Shown here: positions 19,984 through 30,255 of the stretch, in pieces
Position numbering within the stretch: position 1 is the stretch's first letter
Layout of the letters: each line of letters starts with the position of its first letter
Assembly (NCBI GenBank): GCA_963709345.1
Contig: CAVPVX010000007.1
Span: forward strand, 384,001 to 448,000
Direction: 5' to 3'
Origin: an uncultured Actinomycetes bacterium
GTDB lineage: Bacteria; Actinomycetota; Thermoleophilia; UBA2241
DNA length: 64,000 nucleotides
Position numbers and translations under genes: made by a program
The notes under the pieces: model-generated
Seen by the model: only the letters and a program-made list of their open reading frames with translations
What the model was told of the DNA's origin: nothing
Database searches by the model: none

Positions 19984-21082
19984 GTGGATTTCTTCGACGA
20001 CGACGCGACCAGCCGGGCTCCCGCCGACAGCGGCGGGCCGCCCGCAGCTCCCCCAGCGCCGTCGCCCCGACCGCCGCCGCACTCGTATCCAGCGTCTCGC
20101 CATCCTTGCAGTCATCCTGTTCGTGGTCGTGTTCGCCATGGCCTGGTGGGCGCGGAGCTGCCAGCAGAACCGCAAGATCGACACCTACCGCACCTACTTC
20201 GACGGCGTGACCGTCGCGGTCAAAGACTCGACCACCCTCGGCAAGCAGTTCAACGCCATCGTCAACAACCCCACGAAGCTCTCGCGCAAGGAGCTCATCG
20301 CCAAGCTCGAGGAGCTGACCGCGAAGCAAGATGAGCTCGCGGTACGCTCTGGCCGGCTCGAGCCGCCGGACACCCTCGAAGCCGAGCAGGACGCGTTCGC
20401 GACCGGCATGAGGGTCCGCGCCAACGGCTTCAAGCTGCTGCAGGCGGCGATGCTCGGGGCCCTCACCACGAAGAAGGTGGGGCCCGCCAGGATCGCCGCC
20501 CTCGACGGCTACTTCGCCGGTCCCGACGCTTACTACATGGATCTCGTGTACCTGCCGGCGCGGACGGTGATGAGCGACGAGGGCGTCGCCGACGTCGCCG
20601 TCCCCACGTCCACCTACTTCCTCAACTGGAAAGCCCTCGACCCGGCCCGCCTCGAGTCCATGCTCAGCCGCGTCGGCAGCTCGTCCAAGCTCTCGGGCAT
20701 CCACGGCGTGGGCCTCCTGAGCGTGACGGCGAAGTCCGGAGAGCAGGAGGTCAAGCTCGTCAAGGGCAAGACTGCCGACGTCCCGGCGGCCGCCGACCTC
20801 GCCTTCATCGCCAAGATCGAGAACCAGGGCAGTGTGGTCGAGAACGACGTCCGCGTCACGGCCACGCTCACGCTCCCCGGCGGCAGCAAGCTGAATCAGG
20901 AAGCCACGATCGCGAGCATCGAGTCCGGCAAGTCGCAGAACGTCACCATCACGGGCTTCAACATCCCCACGGAGGCACTGAGCAAGGTCCTGACGCTGAA
21001 GGTCATGGCGGTTCCCGTCCCGGACGAGCGCGTCGAGACGAACAACAGCGGCCTGTTCAAGCTCGTGCTGCAGCTCCAGTAG
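19984..21082 (+). CDS. Membrane-anchored protein with C-terminal Ig/CARDB-like domain; probable frameshift near 20050
   Basis: Long ORF with TM and ERVETNN-type C-terminus; the plausible start (GTG, MDFFDD) is in another frame. Confidence 0.6.
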
Positions 21083-21095
21083 GATCCGGGACACC

Positions 21096-21932
21096 ATGCA
21101 GATCCTGCGCGACATCGCCCCCTACGTGGCTGCTGTGGCCGCCCTTCTCTCGCTGGCCCTTCTCGTGCTCGTCCTCGTGCTCTGGAGCCGCGTGCGGCGC
21201 CTGCGCCGCGCTCAGACTGTGGTGCTGGGGCGCCACGAGGAACGAGACATCGTCGGCCATGTCGAGGATCTCGACTCACAGGTCCGCAACCTGCGCGAGG
21301 CCGTCGAGATCCTCACCGATCAGCTCGACGACCAGAAGCGGCACCTCGACCGCGCCCTCACGAACCGCGCCATCGTGCGCTACGACGCGTTTCGTGACGC
21401 CGGCGGCGAGCAGAGCGCCTCGTTCGCGCTGCTCGACCAGCACAGGTCGGGCGTCGTCTTCAGCGCCATCGCCGCCCGCGACTTCGCACGCATCTACGTC
21501 AAGCACCTGAGCGAGGGCGTCGCCGACCGCGACCTCTCGCCGGAAGAGGCCCGGGTCGTCGCGGCCGCAGTACCGCGGCCCCTCGTCGCCGGCGAAGACG
21601 GCCCGCGCGCGGCGCGCGCCCCCCTGCCGGCGGACAAGCCTCCAGCCGGCATCGGCAGCGCGGCCGCCGGCGAGCCGGCCGCGAGCGGTGGTGACGCGGA
21701 CGCCGAGCCGCGTCCCGTCGCGCTCCCCTCGGCCCCACCGCCCTCCGCGCCGGCGGCCCACGACACCGCCGACATGCCGGCGCCCCCGGCCGGCGGCGCC
21801 GCGCCCGGCGAGGCGCGCCCGAGGCCGCACCGCTCCCGACCCGTCGAGGAGCCCCTCCCCGCCGACGCTGCGGAATTCGTCTGGGAGCCTCCGCCCACGC
21901 GCCGCCCGGACGACGAGCCGCCCGCGGGCTGA
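21096..21932 (+). CDS. DUF4446 family protein with Pro/Ala-rich tail
   Basis: VRYDAF.D.GGEQS.SFALLD...G motif. Confidence 0.8.
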   Translation: MQILRDIAPYVAAVAALLSLALLVLVLVLWSRVRRLRRAQTVVLGRHEERDIVGHVEDLDSQVRNLREAVEILTDQLDDQKRHLDRALTNRAIVRYDAFRDAGGEQSASFALLDQHRSGVVFSAIAARDFARIYVKHLSEGVADRDLSPEEARVVAAAVPRPLVAGEDGPRAARAPLPADKPPAGIGSAAAGEPAASGGDADAEPRPVALPSAPPPSAPAAHDTADMPAPPAGGAAPGEARPRPHRSRPVEEPLPADAAEFVWEPPPTRRPDDEPPAG

Positions 21933-21997
21933 CCGTCGAGCGTCGTCTGATAGCCTAGCGGTACCAGCGCAGTACCCAACGAGAAAAGGCGGCGACC

Positions 21998-22843
21998 GTG
22001 GCGGCAGGCGGCAGCGACAGGGTGGCGTTTCTCGGTCCCGAGGGCACCTTCACCGAAGAGGCCCTGCTCACCAACCTGCCGGGCGGCGATTTCCACCCTT
22101 TCCCTTACGGATCCATCCGCGACGTCCTCGTCGCGGTGCGCGACGGTGAAGCCGTGCTCGGCGCCGTGCCCATCGAGAACTCACTCGAGGGCTCGGTCGC
22201 CGTCACGCTCGACCTGCTGGCCTTCGGCTTCGACGAACTCCGTATCGTGCGCGAGATCATCCACCCCATCCGCCACCAGCTCATCGCGCGAGGCCCTGTC
22301 GAACTCGAGCGCCTCACCAAGATCCTCAGTCACCCGCACGCCTACGGACAGTGCCGTCAGTTCCTCGACGCCCACGTGCCTGGGGTCGAACACGAGGCCG
22401 CCAACTCCACCGCCGAGGCCGTGCGGAGAGTCAGCCGTGTCGATCGACCGTGGGCGGCGATAGGCACCAGGCTCGCCGCCGAGATGTACGAATGCATCGT
22501 CCTTCGCGACGACATCGAGGACTCCGTCGAAAACCGCACCCGGTTCGTCTACCTGAGCAAAGAGCCCGCGCCGCAGGACCTCGAGAGCGACTACAAGACC
22601 AGCATCGTCTGCGGCATCGCCCACGACCAGCCTGGCAGCCTGCTGCTGATCCTCAACGAGTTCGCTCACCGCTACATCAACCTCACGAAGATCGAGTCAC
22701 GGCCCTCGAGGCAGGGACTCGGCGACTACATCTTCTTCATCGACGTCATGGGCCGGCGCGACGACACCGCCATGGAGCAGGCGCTCAAGTGCCTCGCCTG
22801 CAAGCTTGCCTGGGTCAAGGTGCTCGGATCGTACCCGGTGTGA
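21998..22843 (+). CDS. pheA: Prephenate dehydratase
   Basis: FLGPEGTFTE, PIENSLEG, NRTRF, INLTKIESRP, LGSYP. Confidence 0.95.
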   Translation: MAAGGSDRVAFLGPEGTFTEEALLTNLPGGDFHPFPYGSIRDVLVAVRDGEAVLGAVPIENSLEGSVAVTLDLLAFGFDELRIVREIIHPIRHQLIARGPVELERLTKILSHPHAYGQCRQFLDAHVPGVEHEAANSTAEAVRRVSRVDRPWAAIGTRLAAEMYECIVLRDDIEDSVENRTRFVYLSKEPAPQDLESDYKTSIVCGIAHDQPGSLLLILNEFAHRYINLTKIESRPSRQGLGDYIFFIDVMGRRDDTAMEQALKCLACKLAWVKVLGSYPV

Positions 22844-22863
22844 CAGCCTCGAGGAGCTGACGA

Positions 22864-23916
22864 ATGACGACGGAGACCGACGTCCACGTACCGGAGTCGC
22901 GGTCCTTCTTCGTGCGCCGCGTCACCGCTGTACGCGACTTCGAGCTGTTCTTCGTCTCGTCGGTGGCGACGATCCTGCTCGTGCGCGCCATCCTGGCGGC
23001 CACGGGCTGGCCACAGCTCGGCGGCGGCAAGATCCACTTCGCCCACCTGCTGTGGGGCGGCGTCGGGATGCTCATCGCCTTCGTCCTCTTCATGGCCATG
23101 CAGGGCCGCCTGTGGAACCAGCTCGCGACCCTGTCGGCGGGAATCGGCTTCGGCCTCTTCATCGACGAGCTGGGCAAGTTCATCACGTCGGACAACGACT
23201 ACTTCTTCCGGCCGACGATCGCCATCATCTACGTGATCTTCGTGGTGCTCTTCTTCCTGTTTCGCTGGCTCGGCAACGTGGAGAACATCTCGCCGCAGGC
23301 GGCCCTCGTCAACGCCTTCGACCTCTCAAAGGAAGCCGTCCTGCGCGACATGGACAGTTCCGAGAAGGAGGAGGCGCTGTGGCTGCTGCGCCGCGCCGAC
23401 CCGGCCAGCCCCATCGCGCTCTCCCTGCGCGTGATGCTCGAGGATATGGAACCGGCGAAGAGGGCGTCGCTCAACCCCCTGCTCCGGGCCAAGCAGGCGG
23501 TGCGCCGCGTCTACGGCGGCCTGGTCCGGCGACGCTGGTTCAAGCGCATGGTCTTCGGCTGGTTCGTCTTCACCTCACTGATCGCGCTGCTGGCCCCCTT
23601 CATCGGCGACACGAGCCCCGCCCAGCTCACCTTCGCCCAGACCGGCGGCTTGATCTCGGGCGTGCTCACGGGAGCGTGCGTCGCCCTCGGCATCGTGCGC
23701 TGGCGACGCTCGAAGCTGCAGGCGTTCGGCTGGTTCGAGCGCGGCGCGCTGGTGAGCATCCTGATCGGCGAGTTCTTCTCCTTCTACCAGAGCCAGGTGC
23801 TCGCCGTCTTCGGGCTGCTGTGGCTCTTGCTCACGCTCGGCGTGATCCGCTCTATGATCGCCGCGGAACTGCCCCGAGTGGCGACGGCCGACCAGAACCC
23901 ACCGGCAGGAGGCTGA
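22864..23916 (+). CDS. Conserved membrane protein
   Basis: HFAHLLWGG and GFGLFIDELGKF motifs; multiple TMs. Confidence 0.7.
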   Translation: MTTETDVHVPESRSFFVRRVTAVRDFELFFVSSVATILLVRAILAATGWPQLGGGKIHFAHLLWGGVGMLIAFVLFMAMQGRLWNQLATLSAGIGFGLFIDELGKFITSDNDYFFRPTIAIIYVIFVVLFFLFRWLGNVENISPQAALVNAFDLSKEAVLRDMDSSEKEEALWLLRRADPASPIALSLRVMLEDMEPAKRASLNPLLRAKQAVRRVYGGLVRRRWFKRMVFGWFVFTSLIALLAPFIGDTSPAQLTFAQTGGLISGVLTGACVALGIVRWRRSKLQAFGWFERGALVSILIGEFFSFYQSQVLAVFGLLWLLLTLGVIRSMIAAELPRVATADQNPPAGG

Positions 23917-23918
23917 CC

Positions 23919-24380
23919 ATGGACCGGATCAAGTGCGACATCCAGGCAGCGGGGGACGACGACCACAGCATGCTTGTCCTGCTCGCCGAAGAGACGCTTC
24001 ACCCGCTGGCCGAGGGCTCCGGGCATCCGGAGCGCTACCACAGCGGTGAGTTCGTCGAACTGCTGGGCCGGGCCGATGTGTACGTCGCCCGGGCCGACGC
24101 TGATCTCGCCGGCTTCGTCGCCGTCGAGACCGACGAAGGCGCGCTCGCCGTGCGCTGCATCTGCGTGCACCCGGCCTTCGAGGCCCGCGGCGTCGCCAAC
24201 CAGCTGCTGGACTGGGCCGAAGGCGTGGCCATCGACAGACGTCTGGAGCGGCTGACGGCCTACGTACCCGCCGCCGACGCACCCTCGCTGCGCCTGTACC
24301 GCGGCCACGGCTTCGCCGCCGGCGCCCCGGTCGCCGAGATGCTGGCGCTCGAGAAGCGGCTCCCCATGCTCCCGGAGTGA
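23919..24380 (+). CDS. GNAT family acetyltransferase
   Basis: VHPAFEARGVA motif A; LYRGHGF; AGGAGG RBS. Confidence 0.8.
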   Translation: MDRIKCDIQAAGDDDHSMLVLLAEETLHPLAEGSGHPERYHSGEFVELLGRADVYVARADADLAGFVAVETDEGALAVRCICVHPAFEARGVANQLLDWAEGVAIDRRLERLTAYVPAADAPSLRLYRGHGFAAGAPVAEMLALEKRLPMLPE

Positions 24381-25300
24381 GCAGCATGCGCATCACCCTC
24401 ATCAGCGTCCCCTACGACCTCGGCCGCGCCGACGTGGGCAGCGGGCGGGGACCGGCCGCCTACCTCAGGGCCGGCGCCGCCGAGGCGCTGCAGGCCCGAG
24501 GCCACGAGGTCGACGTCGTCACCGCTCGCCGCGCCGGGAAGTACGAGAACGAGCTCCAGGCAGTGCTGGCCGTGAACGAGGCCGTGGCCGCGGCGGTCGC
24601 CGGAGCGCGCGCACGCGGCTCACTGCCGCTCGTCCTCGCCGGCAACTGCAACGCCGCGCTCGGCGTGCGCGCCGGACTGCAGCGACTCGGCGACGGCGCA
24701 GCCGCGCTCGTGTGGCTCGACGCGCACGGCGACTTCAATACTCCGTCGACCACGGAGACGGGCTACCTCGACGGCATGCCGCTCGCAATGCTCTGCGGCC
24801 GCGCGTACCGAGATGCCGTGGGCAGGGCGCTCGGCTCCACTCCGGTGGCCGAGCCCGCGGTCCTTCACATCGGCGCCCGCGAGCTGGATCGCGGCGAGGC
24901 CGCGTCCCTCGCGGCCTCCGGAGTGCTCGTGGTGAACGGCGCCCAGTTGAGCGAAGGTGATCGCGCACGACTGCTCGGCGAGCGCCTCGACGAACTCGCA
25001 GCGAGACCGTCGTCGGATGCCGGCGGACGGGCCGCCGCCCACCTGCACGTCGACCTCGACGTGCTCGATCCGGCGGCGGCTCCGGGCGTCAGCTTCCCCA
25101 CGCCCGGCGGCTTCACGGCGGCTCAGCTGTTGGAGGTCATAGAGCTCGTCATGGCGCGCTTCGAGATCGTCGCCGTGACGGTCGCCTCGTTCACCCCCGA
25201 CCGCGACGACGCGGCTGAATCCACGCTGGCCGCGGGCCTCGCCGTGCTGGGTCTGGTGGCCGGCAGCGCCCACGCGAGAGCGGCGGCCGCGCGACGCTGA
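24377..25300 (+). CDS. Arginase/ureohydrolase family protein
   Basis: WLDAHGDFN, GMP, HVDLDVLDP, PGG. Confidence 0.85.
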   Translation: MSSMRITLISVPYDLGRADVGSGRGPAAYLRAGAAEALQARGHEVDVVTARRAGKYENELQAVLAVNEAVAAAVAGARARGSLPLVLAGNCNAALGVRAGLQRLGDGAAALVWLDAHGDFNTPSTTETGYLDGMPLAMLCGRAYRDAVGRALGSTPVAEPAVLHIGARELDRGEAASLAASGVLVVNGAQLSEGDRARLLGERLDELAARPSSDAGGRAAAHLHVDLDVLDPAAAPGVSFPTPGGFTAAQLLEVIELVMARFEIVAVTVASFTPDRDDAAESTLAAGLAVLGLVAGSAHARAAAARR

Positions 25301-25350
25301 GGGGGCCGGGCGCGGCTCAGCGCGACTGGCCGCTCGCCGCGACGAGCGGC

Positions 25351-26604
25351 TCAGCGATAGATGTAGACGCGCTCGCCCACCCACGACTGGCCGTACACCC
25401 ACTGGGCCACCCACATCGGCTCGCGCACGCAGCCGTGGCTGGCGGGATACGGCGGTACGGACACCCAGCCGTGGATCGCGAAGTTGCCGAGGAATCCCAT
25501 GGTGCGGAAGAGCACGCCGCCCCCGGTGAAGGTGGAGGTGTACGGATGCTTCTGCTGGATGCGGAAGGCGCCCTCGGGGGTGTTGCCGGTCGCGCCGGTG
25601 GAGACGGCGATCAGCCCCGAGACTTGCCCGTTCCGGACGATCATCAGGATCTGGCGCGCCTTGTCCACCTCGATGTGGACGGCGGGCGACGCGTATCGCG
25701 GCTTGACCGGCCTGGCGCCGTCGAGCTTGCGCCAGTCGGCGTATGCGAAGGCGTAGGTGCGTGGCAGCCGGTAGGCCTTCTGGAAGGCCACGACCGCGTC
25801 GCGGGTGCTGGAGCTGAACCGGGTCCCCATGCCGGGCACGCGGATCTTCAGCCGCACGAGCCCGGTGAGCATGCCCTTGACGTGGGCGCCGCTGGAGCCG
25901 ACCGAAAGCCGGCGCCACTTGACGTCGACCTTCTTCTGCGCGCTGCGCGCGGCGAGGCCGCCGTCCGACGGCAGGGCGAACGTGACCGTGAACCAATCGA
26001 TGCCGCGCAGCGGGATGCCGAAGACGGCGCGGCCGTTGCGCACGCGCACCCGGTACGTCCCGGCCGCCGCACCTCGGTGGGAGACCCGAGCGGTGACGAC
26101 GCCGTCGTAGGCGAGAGGCGCCACCTTGACGACGAACCGCGCCTTCAGGAAGGGCACCGCCGCGCCCCTAGTGACCGTCACTCTGGGCTTGACGGCGAGG
26201 GCTCGGGGCGCGGCGGTCGTGCCGTCGGCGACGACGCGCGCCACCACCGAGCCGCCGCGGCGCGGCGTGAAGGCTACGGAGTACGCGCCGGTGTCGTCCG
26301 TGACCGCGGTCGCCACATCGGCGCCGCCAAGCGAGACGGCGACCTCGACGTCCTCCACCGCCGGCGTGACCACGCCGCGGACCGTGACCGAGTCGCCGAA
26401 GACGACGGACGCGCGATTGAGAAGACAGGTGATCGTCGCCGGCTCGGGAGACGCGGACTCGCCGGTGGCGACCGGCTCGGCAACCGTCTCCTGCGTCTCC
26501 GCCACGGCAGCGCCCGCTCCGAGCAGGCTCGCGGCGGCGAGCGCCAGCGCCAGCACGAGAACGACGAGGGGGCGTGGAACGGGGCGGGACGTGGTGTGGC
26601 GCAT
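25351..26604 (-). CDS. L,D-transpeptidase family protein with peptidoglycan-binding domain
   Basis: Signal peptide; AVVAFQK; C-terminal AIHG...SHGCVR. Confidence 0.85.
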   Translation of the reverse strand: MRHTTSRPVPRPLVVLVLALALAAASLLGAGAAVAETQETVAEPVATGESASPEPATITCLLNRASVVFGDSVTVRGVVTPAVEDVEVAVSLGGADVATAVTDDTGAYSVAFTPRRGGSVVARVVADGTTAAPRALAVKPRVTVTRGAAVPFLKARFVVKVAPLAYDGVVTARVSHRGAAAGTYRVRVRNGRAVFGIPLRGIDWFTVTFALPSDGGLAARSAQKKVDVKWRRLSVGSSGAHVKGMLTGLVRLKIRVPGMGTRFSSSTRDAVVAFQKAYRLPRTYAFAYADWRKLDGARPVKPRYASPAVHIEVDKARQILMIVRNGQVSGLIAVSTGATGNTPEGAFRIQQKHPYTSTFTGGGVLFRTMGFLGNFAIHGWVSVPPYPASHGCVREPMWVAQWVYGQSWVGERVYIYR

Positions 26605-26755
26605 GGACCGGCTCCTCGGTGAGGCGCGCACGAGGCGCGAGCGTGTGCGGTGGCGGCAGCGTAGCACGTGCACGCACGAAAGGTCGACCACGGGCCGGGC
26701 CCCGCCCCGTGCGGTACCATGTGAGTCACGACCGAACCGACCGCGAGGAGTGACG

Positions 26756-28015
26756 ATGCTCGACGTCAAGATGGTGCGCGCCGAACCGGACGAGGTCCGC
26801 AGGGCCCTGGAGCGGCGGGGCGAGCCCACGTCACCGCTCGACGAGTTCCTCGCGGTCGAGAGCCGGCGCCGCGAGCTGCTCACCGAGGTCGAGAGCCGGC
26901 GCGCCGAGCGCAAGCGCGCCAGCGACGAGATCGCCGTCGTCAAGAAGGCCGGCGGCGACGCCGCCGAGGCGATCGCCGCCATGCGCACGCTCGGCGATGC
27001 CATCAAGGAGCACGAGGCGGCGCTCGCCGAGACCGAGGAGCGGCTGAACGCCATGCTCCTCGAGCTCCCGAACATCCCGCTCGCCGACGTGCCCGACGGC
27101 GGCGAAGAGGACTCCGTGGTGCTGCGCCTCGTCGGCGAGCCGCGCGTCTTCGACTTCGAGCCCAAGGACCACCTCGACCTCGGCCTCGCCCTCGACGTCA
27201 TCGACATGGAGCGTGGCGCCAAGGTCAGCGGCTCGCGCTTCGCCTACCTCAAGGGCGACCTCGTGATGCTGCAGTTCGCCCTCGTGCGCTACGCGCTCGA
27301 CGTCATCCAGTCAAAGGGCTTCCGCCCGGTGATCCCCCCCGTGCTGGTCCGTGAGGAGGCCATGTACGGTACCGGTTTCTTCCCCACCGACCGCGCCCAG
27401 GTCTACGAGACAGTCGACGGCGACTGCCTCGCCGGTACCAGCGAGGTGCCGCTGGCGGCGATGCACATGGAGGAGTTCCTCGACGAGACCGCCTTCCCGA
27501 TCCGCTACGCAGGCTATTCGACCTGCTTCCGCCGTGAGGCCGGCGCCGCCGGCCGCGACACGCGCGGCATCCTGCGCGTGCACCAGTTCGACAAGGTCGA
27601 GATGTTCAGCTTCTGCACGCCCGAGCAGAGCGCGGCCGAGCACCGGCTCATCCTCTCGGCCGAGGAGGAGATCCTGCAGGGCCTCGGCATCCCCTACCGC
27701 GTCGTGAACATCGCCGCCGGCGACCTCGGCGCCCCGGCGGCACAGAAGTTCGACTGCGAGGCGTGGCTGCCCGGCCAGCAGCAGTACCGGGAGCTCACGA
27801 GCTGCAGCAACTGCACCGACTACCAGGCACGGCGTCTCAACTGCCGCTTCCGCACCGAGAAGGGCCCGCGCTTCGTGCACACGCTCAACGGCACCGGCGT
27901 GGCCGTCGGGCGTACGCTCATCGCGATCATGGAGAACTACCAGCAGGCCGACGGCGCCATCGCCGTGCCGGAGGCGCTGCGGCCGCTGTTCGGCAAGGAC
28001 GCGATCGGCGTCTGA
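26756..28015 (+). CDS. serS: Serine--tRNA ligase
   Basis: MLD.K.VR, GTSEVP, CFRREAG, RVHQFDKVE, SCSNCTDYQARR, HTLNGT. Confidence 0.97.
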   Translation: MLDVKMVRAEPDEVRRALERRGEPTSPLDEFLAVESRRRELLTEVESRRAERKRASDEIAVVKKAGGDAAEAIAAMRTLGDAIKEHEAALAETEERLNAMLLELPNIPLADVPDGGEEDSVVLRLVGEPRVFDFEPKDHLDLGLALDVIDMERGAKVSGSRFAYLKGDLVMLQFALVRYALDVIQSKGFRPVIPPVLVREEAMYGTGFFPTDRAQVYETVDGDCLAGTSEVPLAAMHMEEFLDETAFPIRYAGYSTCFRREAGAAGRDTRGILRVHQFDKVEMFSFCTPEQSAAEHRLILSAEEEILQGLGIPYRVVNIAAGDLGAPAAQKFDCEAWLPGQQQYRELTSCSNCTDYQARRLNCRFRTEKGPRFVHTLNGTGVAVGRTLIAIMENYQQADGAIAVPEALRPLFGKDAIGV

Positions 28016-28024
28016 CGGCGAGCG

Positions 28025-28438
28025 TCAGTCTTCGACCGCGAGCGCCGGCCCGAAGGAGGCGCCCCCGCCGTTCTCGCGCCAGGGGATCACGAAGCAGTGC
28101 ACGTCGACGCCCGGGAGGTTCGTCTCGAGGAGCGTCCTGACCCGGCGGAGGTCGCGCTCGAGGAGCTCCTGCTGGTCGAAGCCGAACCCGCCGAGCGCGC
28201 GCTCGTAGGCCGTGCACTCCTGGTGCGAAACGAGGTAGATCGTGCGCACGTCGTGCGCCTCGACGAGCTCGCTGACGCAGCTCAGGGCGACGCGGCGGTC
28301 CATGCCCGGCCGCGTCAGGATCAGCGGGCCGCCGGGCACGATCAAGCGGTGAGCTTCGGCTCCGCCGACCTGGTCCTGCAGTGTCGAGACGGCAGGCGCC
28401 ACGCAGCCGTCCGAACAGGCGATGATGAGAACGCTCAT
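28025..28438 (-). CDS. Small beta-carbonic-anhydrase-like protein
   Basis: CxD (ACSD) and HxxC (HQEC) metal-ligand spacing. Confidence 0.5.
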   Translation of the reverse strand: MSVLIIACSDGCVAPAVSTLQDQVGGAEAHRLIVPGGPLILTRPGMDRRVALSCVSELVEAHDVRTIYLVSHQECTAYERALGGFGFDQQELLERDLRRVRTLLETNLPGVDVHCFVIPWRENGGGASFGPALAVED

Positions 28439-28575
28439 GGCGACGGAGTATGCCAGACACCGCCCCGACTGGCCAGCGCGATGCCCGGCGGCTGCGGGAG
28501 GCCGGGCGCGGCCGCGAAGCCCGCGGCCCGCGTCGCTGTGAGACTCAGCCCCCGGTTGCTACACTGGCGCTTGCC

Positions 28576-28665
28576 GGAGGGGTGGCCGAGAGGTCGAAGG
28601 CAGCGGTCTTGAAAACCGCCAACGGGGCGACTCGTTCGTGGGTTCGAATCCCACCCCCTCCGCCA
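28576..28665 (+). tRNA. tRNA-Ser(TGA)
   Basis: GGAGGGG/CCCCTCC stem, anticodon TGA, long variable arm, GCCA end. Confidence 0.95.
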
Positions 28666-28902
28666 TTTGCAGGAAAAAGCGCCCGCCAACACAATCCCTC
28701 TCCCGAAGGCCGCTACGTCCATCGGTCGGCGAGCTCCTGGTCGGCAGAAACCGCGGCGGCGCCCGCGTCGATGTTCCCGCGCGCGGCCTCGCGGTCGCGA
28801 AGCTCGGCCACCTCGACCTCGTGCGGCCACGGCCATTGCGCCGCTTCGCCGCGCAAGAGATACTCTGCCGCATCCAGGCCGGACATCAAGGAGGCAGCCA
28901 CC

Positions 28903-29787
28903 ATGAGAAGGACGATGCACGGGCGCCTGTCGCGGACCCTCACCTCGACCCTTCTGCTGGCGCTGCTCGCCGCCCTGCTGCTCGCCGGCAGCGCCTTGGC
29001 CGCCGGCAAGCCCGGCAAGCCCACCGCCAAGGCGCCAAAGGGCACCGTCACCACCGCCAAACCGGTCTTCACATGGAGCAAGGCGCCGCGCGCCGCCAAG
29101 TACGAGCTGCGCGTCTCCAAGGGCGGCAAGCTGCTGCTCAAGAAGACCGGCCTCAAGAAGACCACCTGGACGAGCACCAAGGCGCTGCCCAAGAACGTCT
29201 CTCTCACCTGGAAGGTGCGGGCGAGCAACGCCCGCGGCGCCGGCGCCTGGAGCAAGCCCCTCGCGTTCAAGGTGGCGTCGTCCGGCCCCTCACTCAAGAT
29301 CGGTGACGCCTACGGCGGCGGCATCGTCGCCCACATCGACGGGACTGGAGCGCACGGCCTCATCGCTGCCGTGGCCGATCAGACCCCGGCCGACTCGGGG
29401 ATCCGGTGGGCGACAGAGCCGTACTGGTACACCGACGTGCCGGGTGCGAGAGGAATGGCTATCGGCACCGGCGGCGCCAACACGGATGCGATCATCGCCC
29501 AGAACCGCGTCGGCACGACCTACGCGGCCGGCTTGGCACGCGCGTATACCGGCGGCGGCTACAGCGACTGGTACCTGCCCAGCAGGGACGAGCTGAGCAA
29601 GCTCTACGTCAACCGCGCGGCAATCGGCGGTTTCACCACTGCTGCGAGCGACTGGCCCTGGTACTGGAGTTCCACCCAGGAAACGGGCTTCCCGGGCCTG
29701 GCGTGGTACTTGAGCTTCGGGGACGGCTACCTGTACCGCGGCATCAAGAGCGACACGAACAGGGTGCGCGCCGTCCGAGCCTTCTGA
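28903..29787 (+). CDS. Secreted protein with Fn3-like domain and C-terminal DUF1566/Lcl-type domain
   Basis: Signal peptide; GGYSDWYLPS.DEL, YWSST, AWY..F..G, VRAVRAF. Confidence 0.8.
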   Translation: MRRTMHGRLSRTLTSTLLLALLAALLLAGSALAAGKPGKPTAKAPKGTVTTAKPVFTWSKAPRAAKYELRVSKGGKLLLKKTGLKKTTWTSTKALPKNVSLTWKVRASNARGAGAWSKPLAFKVASSGPSLKIGDAYGGGIVAHIDGTGAHGLIAAVADQTPADSGIRWATEPYWYTDVPGARGMAIGTGGANTDAIIAQNRVGTTYAAGLARAYTGGGYSDWYLPSRDELSKLYVNRAAIGGFTTAASDWPWYWSSTQETGFPGLAWYLSFGDGYLYRGIKSDTNRVRAVRAF

Positions 29788-29962
29788 CCGTTCGACCAGT
29801 GGACTGGTGAGAAGGGGCGGCGGGGAGCCTCTGCGATTCTCTTGAGAGGGGGCCTGTGAGCTCCCACGATGGCCGGCCCGCCCCCTTCCGTACGCGTGAC
29901 GGCGCAGGCGGGCGGGGCTGCACGTGCCCCGCCCGCCTGCGCCGCTCGAACGCGATACCGTG

Positions 29963-30145
29963 TCAGGCGCCCGCTGGCGTCTCTTCGGCCGGTGTTTCCT
30001 CGGCCGGCGGCGTGTAGCTGCTCCAGGGGTCGCTGGTGTCGCCGCCCCAGCCGCAGCAGCCGCCGTCACCCTTCAGCATCTTCCAGGCGAAGTAGGCGCC
30101 GATACCGGCGAGCATGATGAACACGACGAAGATGATCTTCTTCAC
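29963..30145 (-). CDS. Small membrane-anchored hypothetical protein
   Basis: GGAGG RBS, KKII + TM helix, acidic tail. Confidence 0.55.
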   Translation of the reverse strand: MKKIIFVVFIMLAGIGAYFAWKMLKGDGGCCGWGGDTSDPWSSYTPPAEETPAEETPAGA

Positions 30146-30255
30146 AGGGGTCCCTCCTCCCATTGCATTGAGACCATGTTACCCCATGACGCGCTTCGTA
30201 AGCGCAAGATTCGCGGCTGGCGCCGAGCCGAGCCTTCCCATAGGCTCGCGGCGCC

